Positions 53,179-61,687 of a stretch of 64,000 nucleotides of DNA are shown here, one piece after another. Source of the DNA: a virus. Location of the stretch: positions 1 to 64,000 of the IMG/VR virus record IMGVR_UViG_3300010399_000001; one strand, 5' to 3'. The position numbers and the translations under genes were made by a program. How positions within the stretch are numbered: position 1 is the first letter of the stretch; each line of letters opens with the position of its first letter. Below the pieces are notes generated by a model, which worked only from the letters and a program-made list of their open reading frames with translations, was not told where the DNA came from and ran no database searches.

Positions 53179-54843
53179 TTAGAAAGGCCAGCTACCATCA
53201 CCGGCAGACAGCGAGGCCAGCATCGTGAACACCTTGTCGGAGAACCCGCCGATCTCGTACCGGTTCGGCTTGCTCGTGTCGATGCTGGATGCACCGTAAC
53301 CCGAGGTGTTGATGCCGAACATCGGCACGCGGTCCGGAATGGCCTCCGACACGCTCATACCGCGCACCTTGCCGATCGCATCGTAGTAGCCGACCGAACC
53401 ACCACCGGGGTAGTGGAACGCCTGCATGTCCGAGACGATGACCACCCGATCATGACCGGAGTAGCTGGCCTTGAGGGCGGCGACCGTCTCGGTACCGTGA
53501 CCGACCGAGCCGACGCGCTTGCTGAATCCCTCGATGTCGCGCAGCAGGCTGCCGCCGTTCTTGAGCGGGTACTGGAAGACTCCGTTGGCGAAGCCGACCA
53601 GGTCCACATTCTTCGGACCGCACTTACGCGCGATCGCCACGCCGATCAGAGCGCCGATATCGACATGACGGATGCTCGACTTGGCCGAGACGTTGCTGTG
53701 CATCGATCCGGAGGTGTCTACCAGGACCAGGGTGCGGCCCGGCAGGTTGGGGATGTTGGCGCATGCGTGACCCAGCGCCTCCTCCAGCGGCTGACCCCAG
53801 CGCAGCGAGTTGAGCGAGCGGTAAGCCGACAGGAACCGGTACGGGAACTGGCGGGACTTGGCCACCTGAGCCGGGTCGCTGATGCGCGAGGCGACCTTCT
53901 CGTAGACCTCCTTGCCAAGCTTGGCCTCATCGAAGTTGCGCAGGTTGCGCAGCAGCGCCATGTAACCCATCGACGGGATGATCGCCTCCCAGGCGATGCG
54001 ATCCATCGGGCCCTGGAGCCAGCCGGACAGCGCCTCCCAGGTGATGCCAGCCTCACGCAGCCGCTCCGCTGCACCGGAAGCCTTGACAAAGCTCCGGCGC
54101 TCAGCGAGGGGGAGGGACAGCAGCTCCTTGCGCTTGCGCAGCATCGTCAGCGACTCGGGGATCTCCTTGCCGCGCCCGTGCCTCTCGTCGATGATGTGCT
54201 CGAACAGGTCCCCCTGCTCGGGCGTGACGAATGCGGCGTTGAACCGGTCGACAGGGTGCACCATCTCGATCACGTCGGCGAAGCGCACACTCTTGTCCGG
54301 CGAGTCGTACTTGGAGTACGAGTACTCGCTGTAGAGGCGGCGCACCGCATCACCGGTACCGCGCTTGATCGAGATCGGGATGCGGTTGCGGCCATAGTTG
54401 GCGATCCAGTAGGCCAGCAGCTCCCCCGGCTCGTCGGCGCGAGAGCACGCCAGGGAGATCAGGCGGCGGTTGATGCCGACCGGCACATCGTTGCGGATAT
54501 CGGTCGGAGCCATGAGCGTGCGGGTACGCACCGCCTCGGCGGCGATGACGATAGACGCGGTGCGCATGTTGGCCTCGTTGCGCAGCCACGGGATGAAGCC
54601 CAGCAGCCACTGCGGGTCCTCGCGCGCAACGGCGGCGGCCAGCTCCTTCAGGCGCTTGGCCTGGTCGCTCTTGGACTCGTAGAACTTGTCCTCGCCCATG
54701 TAGGTGACGGCCAGGATGAACAGGTCGCTCTTGGCGTCACGCTTGAACGCCGCCCCACTCTCGAAGGTGGTGGTCTTCTCCCCCGTGGTGCGCACCGGCC
54801 CGAGGGTCGCAGTGCCACCCGAACGCTTGTTGAATCCAGACAT
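53179..54843 (-). CDS. rsr: Ro60/Rsr TROVE-domain RNA-binding protein with C-terminal vWA
   Basis: FYES...WLRNEANMRT...TWEALS...MGYMALLRNLRNF...SRQFPYRFLSAY...LVDTSGSM...SDMQ...GFSD. Confidence 0.95.
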   Translation of the reverse strand: MSGFNKRSGGTATLGPVRTTGEKTTTFESGAAFKRDAKSDLFILAVTYMGEDKFYESKSDQAKRLKELAAAVAREDPQWLLGFIPWLRNEANMRTASIVIAAEAVRTRTLMAPTDIRNDVPVGINRRLISLACSRADEPGELLAYWIANYGRNRIPISIKRGTGDAVRRLYSEYSYSKYDSPDKSVRFADVIEMVHPVDRFNAAFVTPEQGDLFEHIIDERHGRGKEIPESLTMLRKRKELLSLPLAERRSFVKASGAAERLREAGITWEALSGWLQGPMDRIAWEAIIPSMGYMALLRNLRNFDEAKLGKEVYEKVASRISDPAQVAKSRQFPYRFLSAYRSLNSLRWGQPLEEALGHACANIPNLPGRTLVLVDTSGSMHSNVSAKSSIRHVDIGALIGVAIARKCGPKNVDLVGFANGVFQYPLKNGGSLLRDIEGFSKRVGSVGHGTETVAALKASYSGHDRVVIVSDMQAFHYPGGGSVGYYDAIGKVRGMSVSEAIPDRVPMFGINTSGYGASSIDTSKPNRYEIGGFSDKVFTMLASLSAGDGSWPF

Positions 54844-54844
54844 G

Positions 54845-54873
54845 AAAAAACCCCTCTCGTCTTGACGGAGGGG
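54845..54873 (-). terminator. Intrinsic terminator between the RNA array and the Ro60 start codon
   Basis: Minus strand CCCCTCCGTC-AA-GACGAGAGGGG-TTTTTT-C-ATG. Confidence 0.7.
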
Positions 54874-54880
54874 AAAGGCA

Positions 54881-55033
54881 TGGTAGCGCCCGAGATCAGA
54901 AGTCGGTGGCGGTGTTTTCAGTCTTATGCTCTACCTGACTGAGCTACCCCACCCGAAGGCGGGGGCAGGATTCGAACCTGCGACCGTAAGATTAGCAATG
55001 AAGTATCCGTCACCTGCGCTTCGGGCGCTGCCA
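54881..55033 (-). ncRNA. Y RNA unit 7 (YrlA-like permuted tRNA domain)
   Basis: Scaffold CCGAAGCGCAG/GATACTTC/TGATCTCGG; T-arm, then TTCG-capped acceptor stem, then D-arm; TAAGA-CTGAAAA remnant. Confidence 0.85.
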
Positions 55034-55040
55034 AAACCTT

Positions 55041-55127
55041 TCCCGAGATCAGTGTGAATGGCGGTATTATGCCTCGAACTACCATGTGAAGGTTATTGAG
55101 AAGTAACCGTCATTCTGCGCTTCGGGA
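55041..55127 (-). ncRNA. Y RNA unit 6 (short; hairpin with TTCACAT loop)
   Basis: Same scaffold motifs and terminal stem. Confidence 0.8.
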
Positions 55128-55140
55128 TGAAGCCTTTGGT

Positions 55141-55250
55141 CCCTCCGAGATCAAGATGGCGATGGAGAGCGGGACTTGAACCCGCAGAATTCCGTTGCTT
55201 AGACAGAATCATTCAACCAATGAAGTAACCATCACCTGCGCTTCGGAGGG
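55141..55250 (-). ncRNA. Y RNA unit 5 (non-permuted D/anticodon/T arms ending in GCCA)
   Basis: Same scaffold; ATTCTGT-CTAAGCA-ACGGAAT arm; GCGGG-TTCAAGT-CCCGC T-arm. Confidence 0.8.
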
Positions 55251-55262
55251 TGAAGCAGTAGA

Positions 55263-55417
55263 TATGGACATCCCCGAGATCGAGTCGACCAAGGTAACGT
55301 TAGGCGCTTTAGGCCACTAAGCTACCCCCGGATGAGCCCAGGGGGCAGGATTCGAACCTGCGATCTCCCGCTCCCAATGCGAAGTAACCCTATGTCTGCG
55401 CTTCGGGAATGTCCATA
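55263..55417 (-). ncRNA. Y RNA unit 4 (YrlA-like, ATTGGGA loop)
   Basis: Scaffold plus anticodon stem-loop, T-arm, closed acceptor stem and D-arm. Confidence 0.85.
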
Positions 55418-55428
55418 ACAAAGCAGGG

Positions 55429-55576
55429 GATGCGGTCCCGAGATCAATTCGGCTGGGAGGTGTTTAACGTGCTGCCATTGCACCACCGGCCCAGGAGTGG
55501 ACCGGACAGGATTCGAACCTGCATCTCTCCATTAGAAGTGAAGTAACCCCTTATGCCTGCGCTTCGGGGCCGCATC
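55429..55576 (-). ncRNA. Y RNA unit 3 (YrlA-like, CTTCTAA loop)
   Basis: Scaffold plus CTTCA-CTTCTAA-TGGAG, T-arm, closed acceptor stem and D-arm. Confidence 0.85.
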
Positions 55577-55605
55577 TTCTCATTCTCTATTCAGTTGTGA
55601 AAAGC

Positions 55606-55738
55606 ATCCCGAGATCAAGCCGGTGAACGAAAGCGCATTGGACCACTCTGCCACGACCTGCCTGCACTAGTCAGACAGGCGCTGGGATTCGAACCCAGGT
55701 TCTCTGTGAGAAGTAACGCTCAACCTTCGCTTCGGGAT
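55606..55738 (-). ncRNA. Y RNA unit 2 (YrlA-like, class II-type D-arm)
   Basis: Scaffold; CTGGG-TTCGAAT-CCCAG T-arm; long acceptor stem; GGCAGAGTGGTCCAATGC. Confidence 0.85.
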
Positions 55739-55749
55739 ATGAAGTTTGA

Positions 55750-55830
55750 CAGCTCCGAGATCAAGTCGATGCCAGGCGTTGGTGTCTAATTTACAGTTAG
55801 AAGTAACCCGGCTTCTTCGCTTCGGAACTG
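55750..55830 (-). ncRNA. Y RNA unit 1 (minimal; TCTAA-CTGTAAA-TTAGA stem-loop)
   Basis: Same scaffold carrying a single 5-bp stem with a 7-nt loop. Confidence 0.8.
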
Positions 55831-55835
55831 AGACT

Positions 55836-55864
55836 AAGCTACCGTGCTCATCGGCTAAGTGCAA
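55836..55864 (-). promoter_or_regulatory. Sigma70/HrdB-type promoter for the Y RNA array
   Basis: TTGCAC-17 bp-TAGCTT, ending 5 bp before the first unit. Confidence 0.7.
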
Positions 55865-55867
55865 GTC

Positions 55868-56647
55868 CTAACTGATGTGCCTGGCGAAGAACGCGGCGAT
55901 CTCGTGGGTGTCCTCGTCCGGTACCGACGCCAGGAAGCATCCTGCCACAGTGAGGGCTGAGTCCAGATCGTCATTAGCCAGAGCCGTGGCGATCTCGTAC
56001 CCGGTAAACGAGACTCCGTCGATGCTCAGACCCCCATACGGAGCGGGCCCCGAGCTGGCGATCGCCGCCTTGGCCAGGCTGATCAGAACGCCGAGCTGGG
56101 TGTTCATCAGCCCGTCCGTACCAATCAGCGCCCTCCAGATCTTCTTGAAGGACTCCATGTCGTCCTTGGCCGACACAAGCTCCTGGTAGGCGATGTTGGA
56201 GGTCTCGGCGGAGTTGTGCGCGACCTCCTCCATGATCGGGCGCAACATGCTGATCAGCGCACCGAACAGCAACCGGGCGTTACCCTGCGGGTTGGCCTCG
56301 ACATACCGCCAGATCATGTCGCCGAACACCTTGCTGTTCTCGGGCGAGGGCGTATTGCGCGCCATGTCTAGGAACGGCGGCACGTCCTTGGCGATCTGCG
56401 AGTAGTGCGCCTGATCCTGATTCAGGAACTCCACCGCCTTCTCGTTTGTATAGTCCTTGCCGACCCATACGCACAGCGCGCCGATAGAGCCCATGACCTT
56501 GAACTTCGCGGCCGGGTCCCCCTTCAGGGCGTTCGCCTCATTCAGGCCCCACCATGCAGAGCAGGCGAGCATCCCTTCGTCGCCGCTGTAGAAGCGGTAC
56601 ATGAGAGAACGTATCTCTTCGGCGAGATCTCCATGCGTCGTCCCCAT
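55868..56647 (-). CDS. Hypothetical helical protein
   Basis: ORF between the ParB-like gene and the RNA array. Confidence 0.55.
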   Translation of the reverse strand: MGTTHGDLAEEIRSLMYRFYSGDEGMLACSAWWGLNEANALKGDPAAKFKVMGSIGALCVWVGKDYTNEKAVEFLNQDQAHYSQIAKDVPPFLDMARNTPSPENSKVFGDMIWRYVEANPQGNARLLFGALISMLRPIMEEVAHNSAETSNIAYQELVSAKDDMESFKKIWRALIGTDGLMNTQLGVLISLAKAAIASSGPAPYGGLSIDGVSFTGYEIATALANDDLDSALTVAGCFLASVPDEDTHEIAAFFARHIS

Positions 56648-56711
56648 GAGGACCCATCCTTTCGAAGCGCGGCGGACCGATGCGTACACCGGTCCGCCGC
56701 AAAGCCGGTGC

Positions 56712-57572
56712 CTACCTGCGAGGCTGGGGGAAGTTGTCGTTGGACAGTCCACCCTGCGGGAGCTGGAGCTTGTACCGCGACGCCTTAGAGCGGTACGCGT
56801 TCCATGCGTAGATGATGAATGCGATGTACACGTCGGACGGGATGCGCCGGTGCTCCTTCTGGCGACGGTCGTTCTCGCGCCGGATGCGGTCGCGCAGCAC
56901 CAGGATCGGGTGATTGGCCTCCAGCCCCGCTCCGTCGCACAGGCGCTCCAGGAAGTACGTGCCTTCCACGGGATTGCTGTTCATCAGCAGCCAGTGCACG
57001 AAGGACAGGATGGAGGCGTGCACACCAACCTTGCGGTAGTTGGTGATGCCGTAATCCACCGACACCCGCAGGTGCGGGTACCGGGCGAGCACGTCCTCCA
57101 GTTCAGAGTGGCTGGGGCGCAGGCCACTACCGCCCTGGACGTAGCACCCAACCTCCCATAGGGCGATACGCCGCAGCGCCGCCGACAGGGTGGAGTAGTG
57201 CGACTCGCCAGCCAGGTTCAGCTGGTCACGGAACGCCCTCGGGCGGCCCGTATCGATCACCTTCTGGTCTTCGATCGAGGCTCCGTAGTGCACCAGAAGC
57301 TCTACGGTCGCACCAGACTGCGCGATAGCTGCCAGCCGGTGCTGACCATCCACGATGACAAGGCCGCCATCCTGGGTCCTGGCGAACTCGACGGCCTTGG
57401 CGATGCGACGCCAGCGACCAGCGAGCATGTCGCGGGCGTACTGATCCACGACGGACTGGGAGATCGTGCGGTTGTGGCCGTTGCGCGTCTCCAGCCACAG
57501 CTTCGCCATGGCGGGAGTGACCTTCACCCACTGCGGGGCGGTCGGAGGTTCAGATTGAATGGCCTTGGGCAC
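56712..57572 (-). CDS. ParB/Srx-like DGQHR-domain protein
   Basis: VTPAMAKLWL..N..NR...YARDM..GRW...IVDGQHRLAAI. Confidence 0.8.
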   Translation of the reverse strand: MPKAIQSEPPTAPQWVKVTPAMAKLWLETRNGHNRTISQSVVDQYARDMLAGRWRRIAKAVEFARTQDGGLVIVDGQHRLAAIAQSGATVELLVHYGASIEDQKVIDTGRPRAFRDQLNLAGESHYSTLSAALRRIALWEVGCYVQGGSGLRPSHSELEDVLARYPHLRVSVDYGITNYRKVGVHASILSFVHWLLMNSNPVEGTYFLERLCDGAGLEANHPILVLRDRIRRENDRRQKEHRRIPSDVYIAFIIYAWNAYRSKASRYKLQLPQGGLSNDNFPQPRR

Positions 57573-57629
57573 GTCATGCCTTTCTAGTGATGCTCTCGGC
57601 AAGCTCAGCATGTCAATCCCTGAGCATGT

Positions 57630-57738
57630 GAGCATCGTAGCATAATGAATATCACCGGGCAAACATCTGAGCGCATCTTTATCTCTAGCTATTGATATCG
57701 CAAGGTGTGCGCTATGCGCGCAATGTGCTACGCTGCTC
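57630..57738. promoter_or_regulatory. Divergent promoter pair at the transcription switch
   Basis: GCTACGATGCTC on minus (57630-57641) and GCTACGCTGCTC on plus (57727-57738). Confidence 0.75.
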
Positions 57739-57981
57739 TCAGCGCTCCCGCTCATGCTTCCCCGCCCCCCAGCGGAGCGGGGGCGCGCTGCCTCCGCCCT
57801 CGCTCGTTGCCCCACGCTGCGAGCGAGGGCGGCTCCAGGGCACCCGGGTTCGAGACCTAATCGCCCGGGAGATCGGCCGTCGCTGGGGGCGGCCGATCTG
57901 CGACCCCGCCCTCACCGCACTGGGGGCGGGGTCGTCTGCATGTAGGCTACAATGCTCATAGCGATCGGAGAGGAGGTCTCC

Positions 57982-58578
57982 ATGTTCCACCCACTATCCC
58001 AATTCGGCTCCGTGGTCGGTGTCGACTGCGACGAGATCACTGTCGCAACCGATGCAGCACTACATCCCGGTCGCGGGGTTCAAGGGCTGGCATTCCTGGC
58101 CAGCAATGGCAAGTACGGTCTCGCCCTGCGCGCCATCAACCCGAGAGATGGGTCCGATCGCACCACCGTGGCGGAACTCAAGGCCATCTCCTACGCCCTG
58201 GAGAAGCTGAGCAAGACTGCGCGCATCACGATCCTGAGCGACTCGCGCAATGCGTTGCGGATGATCGAGCGCTGGATATCCGGCGAAGAGGTCTACCCAG
58301 ACGGTTACCACGCGGGTATCCGCGAGAACGGTGACCTGCCACGGCTGGTGGAGATGCGCGCGCTGATCCTGCGCGACCCTTCTCGTCTGACCCTGATCTG
58401 GCAGCAGGGGCATGAAGGGCACCCGCTCAATGAGTTTGCGGACTCGGCAGCAAAGCTGGCGCTGCGTACCGGCAAGGACGCGTCGCGCCTGGATGTGAAG
58501 ACCCTGCCGAAGATCTGGGCCGCGACGCGCCTAGCCGATTGGCGCGCGCTACGCTCTGGAGCATGCCGAGCCGCGTAA
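57982..58578 (+). CDS. rnhA: Ribonuclease HI
   Basis: ATDA, AELKAI, SDS, W..GHEGHPLNEFADSAAK catalytic pattern. Confidence 0.85.
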   Translation: MFHPLSQFGSVVGVDCDEITVATDAALHPGRGVQGLAFLASNGKYGLALRAINPRDGSDRTTVAELKAISYALEKLSKTARITILSDSRNALRMIERWISGEEVYPDGYHAGIRENGDLPRLVEMRALILRDPSRLTLIWQQGHEGHPLNEFADSAAKLALRTGKDASRLDVKTLPKIWAATRLADWRALRSGACRAA

Positions 58579-58850
58579 CACAGCCCCTGCTGGATACCGA
58601 GGATGTCTGGTACCTGGAGTACTTCGACGTTCAGGTAGAGGAGTGGACGGGGCTTTACCCATACACCGAGTACCACTCAGAGGTCGCGGCGTGCCGCGCC
58701 CACCTGGAACACAAGAAGAAGGTGCCCGGCGGTAACGCTCGGGTGGTGCGCGAGACCCGGCAGCGCTATCTGGTGACCGGACCGCTGCAACCTAAGCGGC
58801 CGTTATCTCGCCGTAATCGAAACGATAGGTGAGGCAGGTAGCATGAGCCC

Positions 58851-59459
58851 ATGGCTACCTTCCTTGGGTTCGAGACTCTCAAGCTCGACGAACTGATTCC
58901 CTTCCCCGGCAATGCGCGTCGCGGTGACATCGACGGCATCCGCTCCTCGGTGCGCGCTCACGGCCAGTACCGCTCCCTGGTCGTTAGGCGCACTCCTGGT
59001 GGGGATGTGGTGCTCGCTGGCAACCACACGCTGCGCGCCCTGATCGCCGAAGGATTCACCGAGGCGCGCTGCGAGGTCATCGAGTGCAGCGAGGCTGACG
59101 CTATCAAGATCAACGTCGGAGACAACGGCTGGGGCGACAAGGCGACCAATGACGAGAGCGCGCTGGCCGACCTGCTGGAGCTGCTGAACGGTGACTTTGA
59201 GGGCACCAGCTACACCCAGCAGGACTTCGAGGACATGCGCGGGCTGTGGGATGCGGATGAGAACTCCACGCCCGATCTGGACAAGCTGGCGGACGAGCTG
59301 GGAGATCCGGTCGACTCGGATCTGTGGCCCACGCTTCGCTTCAAGGTCCCCCCGCAGGTGCGCGACGACTTCTATGACCTGACGAACAATTGCGCCAATC
59401 CGAATGACGACAACAATCGGTTCATGCACCTGATCCAGAAGGTTCGGAGTGCAGAGTGA
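58851..59459 (+). CDS. ParB-like N-terminal domain protein
   Basis: LIPFPGNARRGD...VLAGNHTLRA...DN. Confidence 0.8.
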   Translation: MATFLGFETLKLDELIPFPGNARRGDIDGIRSSVRAHGQYRSLVVRRTPGGDVVLAGNHTLRALIAEGFTEARCEVIECSEADAIKINVGDNGWGDKATNDESALADLLELLNGDFEGTSYTQQDFEDMRGLWDADENSTPDLDKLADELGDPVDSDLWPTLRFKVPPQVRDDFYDLTNNCANPNDDNNRFMHLIQKVRSAE

Positions 59460-60565
59460 CCTTCAGGTTCCTAGTCTCGTTCCACTATCACGAGAAGACG
59501 GACCTACAGGCGATCGTCGATGCCTACAACGGCCCATGCGAAGTGTTCGCCGACTCCGGCGCGTACTCCGCCGCCTCTCTCGGTGCGACGATCAAGCTCG
59601 CCGACTACGCCGCATGGCTCAAGGATTGGGAACACCTTCTGACCATCAAGGCGACGCTGGATGTGATCGGGGACCCGCAGGCCACCGCCCGCAACACCCG
59701 CACGCTGGAGCGCCAGGGCATCAACGTGCTTCCCGTCTTCCATGTAGGCACCCCATGGGGCGAGCTGGAGAAGATGGTCAAGCAATACGACTATCTGGCC
59801 CTCGGGGGAATGGTCCCGCACAGCGGCAAGGCCGATGCGGTGATGCGCTGGCTGGTGAAGGCGTTCCAGGTGGCAAGGGAGACCGGCACCGTCTATCACG
59901 GCTTCGGTCAGACCAGACTGGAGACCATCAAGAAGCTGCCGTTCTATTCGGTGGACTCCTCGGCATGGTCATCGGGGATGCGCTACGGCACGATCGTCCT
60001 ATGGGATGAGAAGTCATCGAACTTCATCAAGCTACAGGCGTCAGACCCGGCTCAAGCGCGCCGCTATGCAGCTCTCTTGCGCTCTCATGGCGCTAATCCG
60101 TCCCTGGTCGCGAAGCCAGGCTTCGCGATGCTCTCGCGCCGTACGCCGGAGCAGTTCAGGCGTGAGGTCTCGATGATGCGCGGAGCGCCCGCCATCGCCT
60201 ATATGCGCATGGGGGAGTATCTGGCGCGGCGTCACAAGGTGCCCAGGCCCGCGAGCCTCGGCGATGGAAAGAACGGTACTGCCGTCTATGTGGCGGACGC
60301 CGCGATGAGGCATCTGGTGGACGCCGCACCCATCGTCAATGACGTTGGAACAGCTGTGTACCTGGCTGCGGATACCGGCGGCAGCTGCATGAAGATGGCG
60401 CTGGACCATATGCGCGATACCGGTACGCATGTCTATCTGGCCAACACGGCTGCCATCAATCTGCGCGGCGCGGCAATGGTGGCGGGTGGCGTAGACGCTA
60501 ACGAGGTAGACAAGAGTGTCTACATCGACGAGATCCGAAAGAAGAAGGATGGGGAGAATGAGTAA
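59456..60565 (+). CDS. dpdA: DpdA-like DNA-guanine transglycosylase (TGT fold)
   Basis: FADSGAYS, LDVIGD, PVFH, LALGG, HGFG, SVDSSAW; adjacent to queCDE/folE. Confidence 0.8.
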   Translation: MTFRFLVSFHYHEKTDLQAIVDAYNGPCEVFADSGAYSAASLGATIKLADYAAWLKDWEHLLTIKATLDVIGDPQATARNTRTLERQGINVLPVFHVGTPWGELEKMVKQYDYLALGGMVPHSGKADAVMRWLVKAFQVARETGTVYHGFGQTRLETIKKLPFYSVDSSAWSSGMRYGTIVLWDEKSSNFIKLQASDPAQARRYAALLRSHGANPSLVAKPGFAMLSRRTPEQFRREVSMMRGAPAIAYMRMGEYLARRHKVPRPASLGDGKNGTAVYVADAAMRHLVDAAPIVNDVGTAVYLAADTGGSCMKMALDHMRDTGTHVYLANTAAINLRGAAMVAGGVDANEVDKSVYIDEIRKKKDGENE

Positions 60566-61253
60566 GCCGCTTGCGGTGGTGTCCCTCTCGGGCGGGATGG
60601 ACTCCACGACCCTGCTGGCCCACCTGCTGCAAGACAATGAGGTGCTGGCTCTATCGTTCGACTACGGACAGCGCCACCGCAAGGAGCTGGACGCGGCCAG
60701 GGATGTCTCGCAGTACTACGGCGTCGAGCATCACGTGATCGATCTGACCTCGGTGGGCAAGCTGCTGACCGGCTCGGCTCTTACCGACAGCTCGGTAGAG
60801 GTTCCCGAGGGTCACTACGAGGCCGAGAACATGAAGGCCACCGTCGTGCCGAACCGCAACGCGATCATGGCCAGCATCGCCATCGGTATTGCCAGTTCGC
60901 GCAAGGCGAAGTTCGTGGCTCTCGGCATCCATGCCGGTGATCACGCGGTCTACCCGGACTGCCGGCCTGAGTTCGTCGAGGTGCTGCGGGAGCTGGCCTC
61001 TGTGGCGCTGGACGGCTTCCATGCCCCACGCATCGAGACTCCGTTCGTGCTGTGGTCCAAGACTGGCATTGCGCGTGAGGCTGGACGCCTCGGGGTCCCG
61101 ATCGAGCGCACGTGGAGCTGCTACAAGGGTGGCGAGAAACACTGCGGCCGATGCGGTACCTGCGTCGAGCGCATCGAGGCGATGCGGGACGCAGACGTGG
61201 CAGATCTGACCGAATACGAAGATAAGGCGTTCGCCGAGGGGGTGCTGGCCTGA
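60558..61253 (+). CDS. queC: 7-cyano-7-deazaguanine synthase
   Basis: SGGMDS, YGQRH, VPNRN, YPDCRPEF, TWSCY, CGRCGTC. Confidence 0.95.
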   Translation: MSKPLAVVSLSGGMDSTTLLAHLLQDNEVLALSFDYGQRHRKELDAARDVSQYYGVEHHVIDLTSVGKLLTGSALTDSSVEVPEGHYEAENMKATVVPNRNAIMASIAIGIASSRKAKFVALGIHAGDHAVYPDCRPEFVEVLRELASVALDGFHAPRIETPFVLWSKTGIAREAGRLGVPIERTWSCYKGGEKHCGRCGTCVERIEAMRDADVADLTEYEDKAFAEGVLA

Positions 61254-61687
61254 TGTATGAGATCGCGGTACGGCATAACTTCGAGACCGCACATCGGCTA
61301 CCGCACCTTGAGGGCAAGTGTCAGTCTCTCCACGGGCACTCCTGGTGGGCTGAGGTCACCGTTGCCGCACCTGTGCTGCGCGGCGGCATCCTAGTTGAGT
61401 TCGGACCGTTCAAGAAGGCCCTGCGCGAGTGGATCGACACCAACCTCGATCACGGTGCAATGCTCGGCTTCGATGATCCGCTGCTGCCGATCCTGCGCGG
61501 CCACGGCAGCAAGGTGTATGAGTTCACCCACTGGCCAACGGTTGAAGAGGTCGCATCCGAGATCGGCTTCAAGGCTCAGGAGATACTCACCACAATCACG
61601 CGCGCACCGGGAGCGGCGGTCATCCGCTGCGATGTGCAGGAGACCCACGTCAACCGAGCATCTTGGACGCCGCCGCATGATGCCTGA
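61253..61687 (+). CDS. queD: 6-carboxytetrahydropterin synthase
   Basis: AHRL...C..LHGHSW...LDH...PTVE...ET. Confidence 0.92.
   Translation: MYEIAVRHNFETAHRLPHLEGKCQSLHGHSWWAEVTVAAPVLRGGILVEFGPFKKALREWIDTNLDHGAMLGFDDPLLPILRGHGSKVYEFTHWPTVEEVASEIGFKAQEILTTITRAPGAAVIRCDVQETHVNRASWTPPHDA

Noticed and set aside
53119-54942. 607-aa plus-strand ORF
   Set aside because: Antisense shadow of the Ro60 gene caused by high-GC codon bias; no motifs
54900-55740. Ordinary tRNA gene cluster
   Set aside because: Arm order is permuted with closed acceptor stems, so the units cannot be aminoacylated as standard tRNAs
54881-55830. CRISPR array interpretation of the repeated motifs
   Set aside because: The repeats are the two complementary flanks of folded units of unequal length containing tRNA arms; there are no cas genes and the neighbouring gene is Ro60
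56712-57572. DndB / phosphorothioation system
   Set aside because: Only the DGQHR motif is shared; no dndACDE or ssp genes are present
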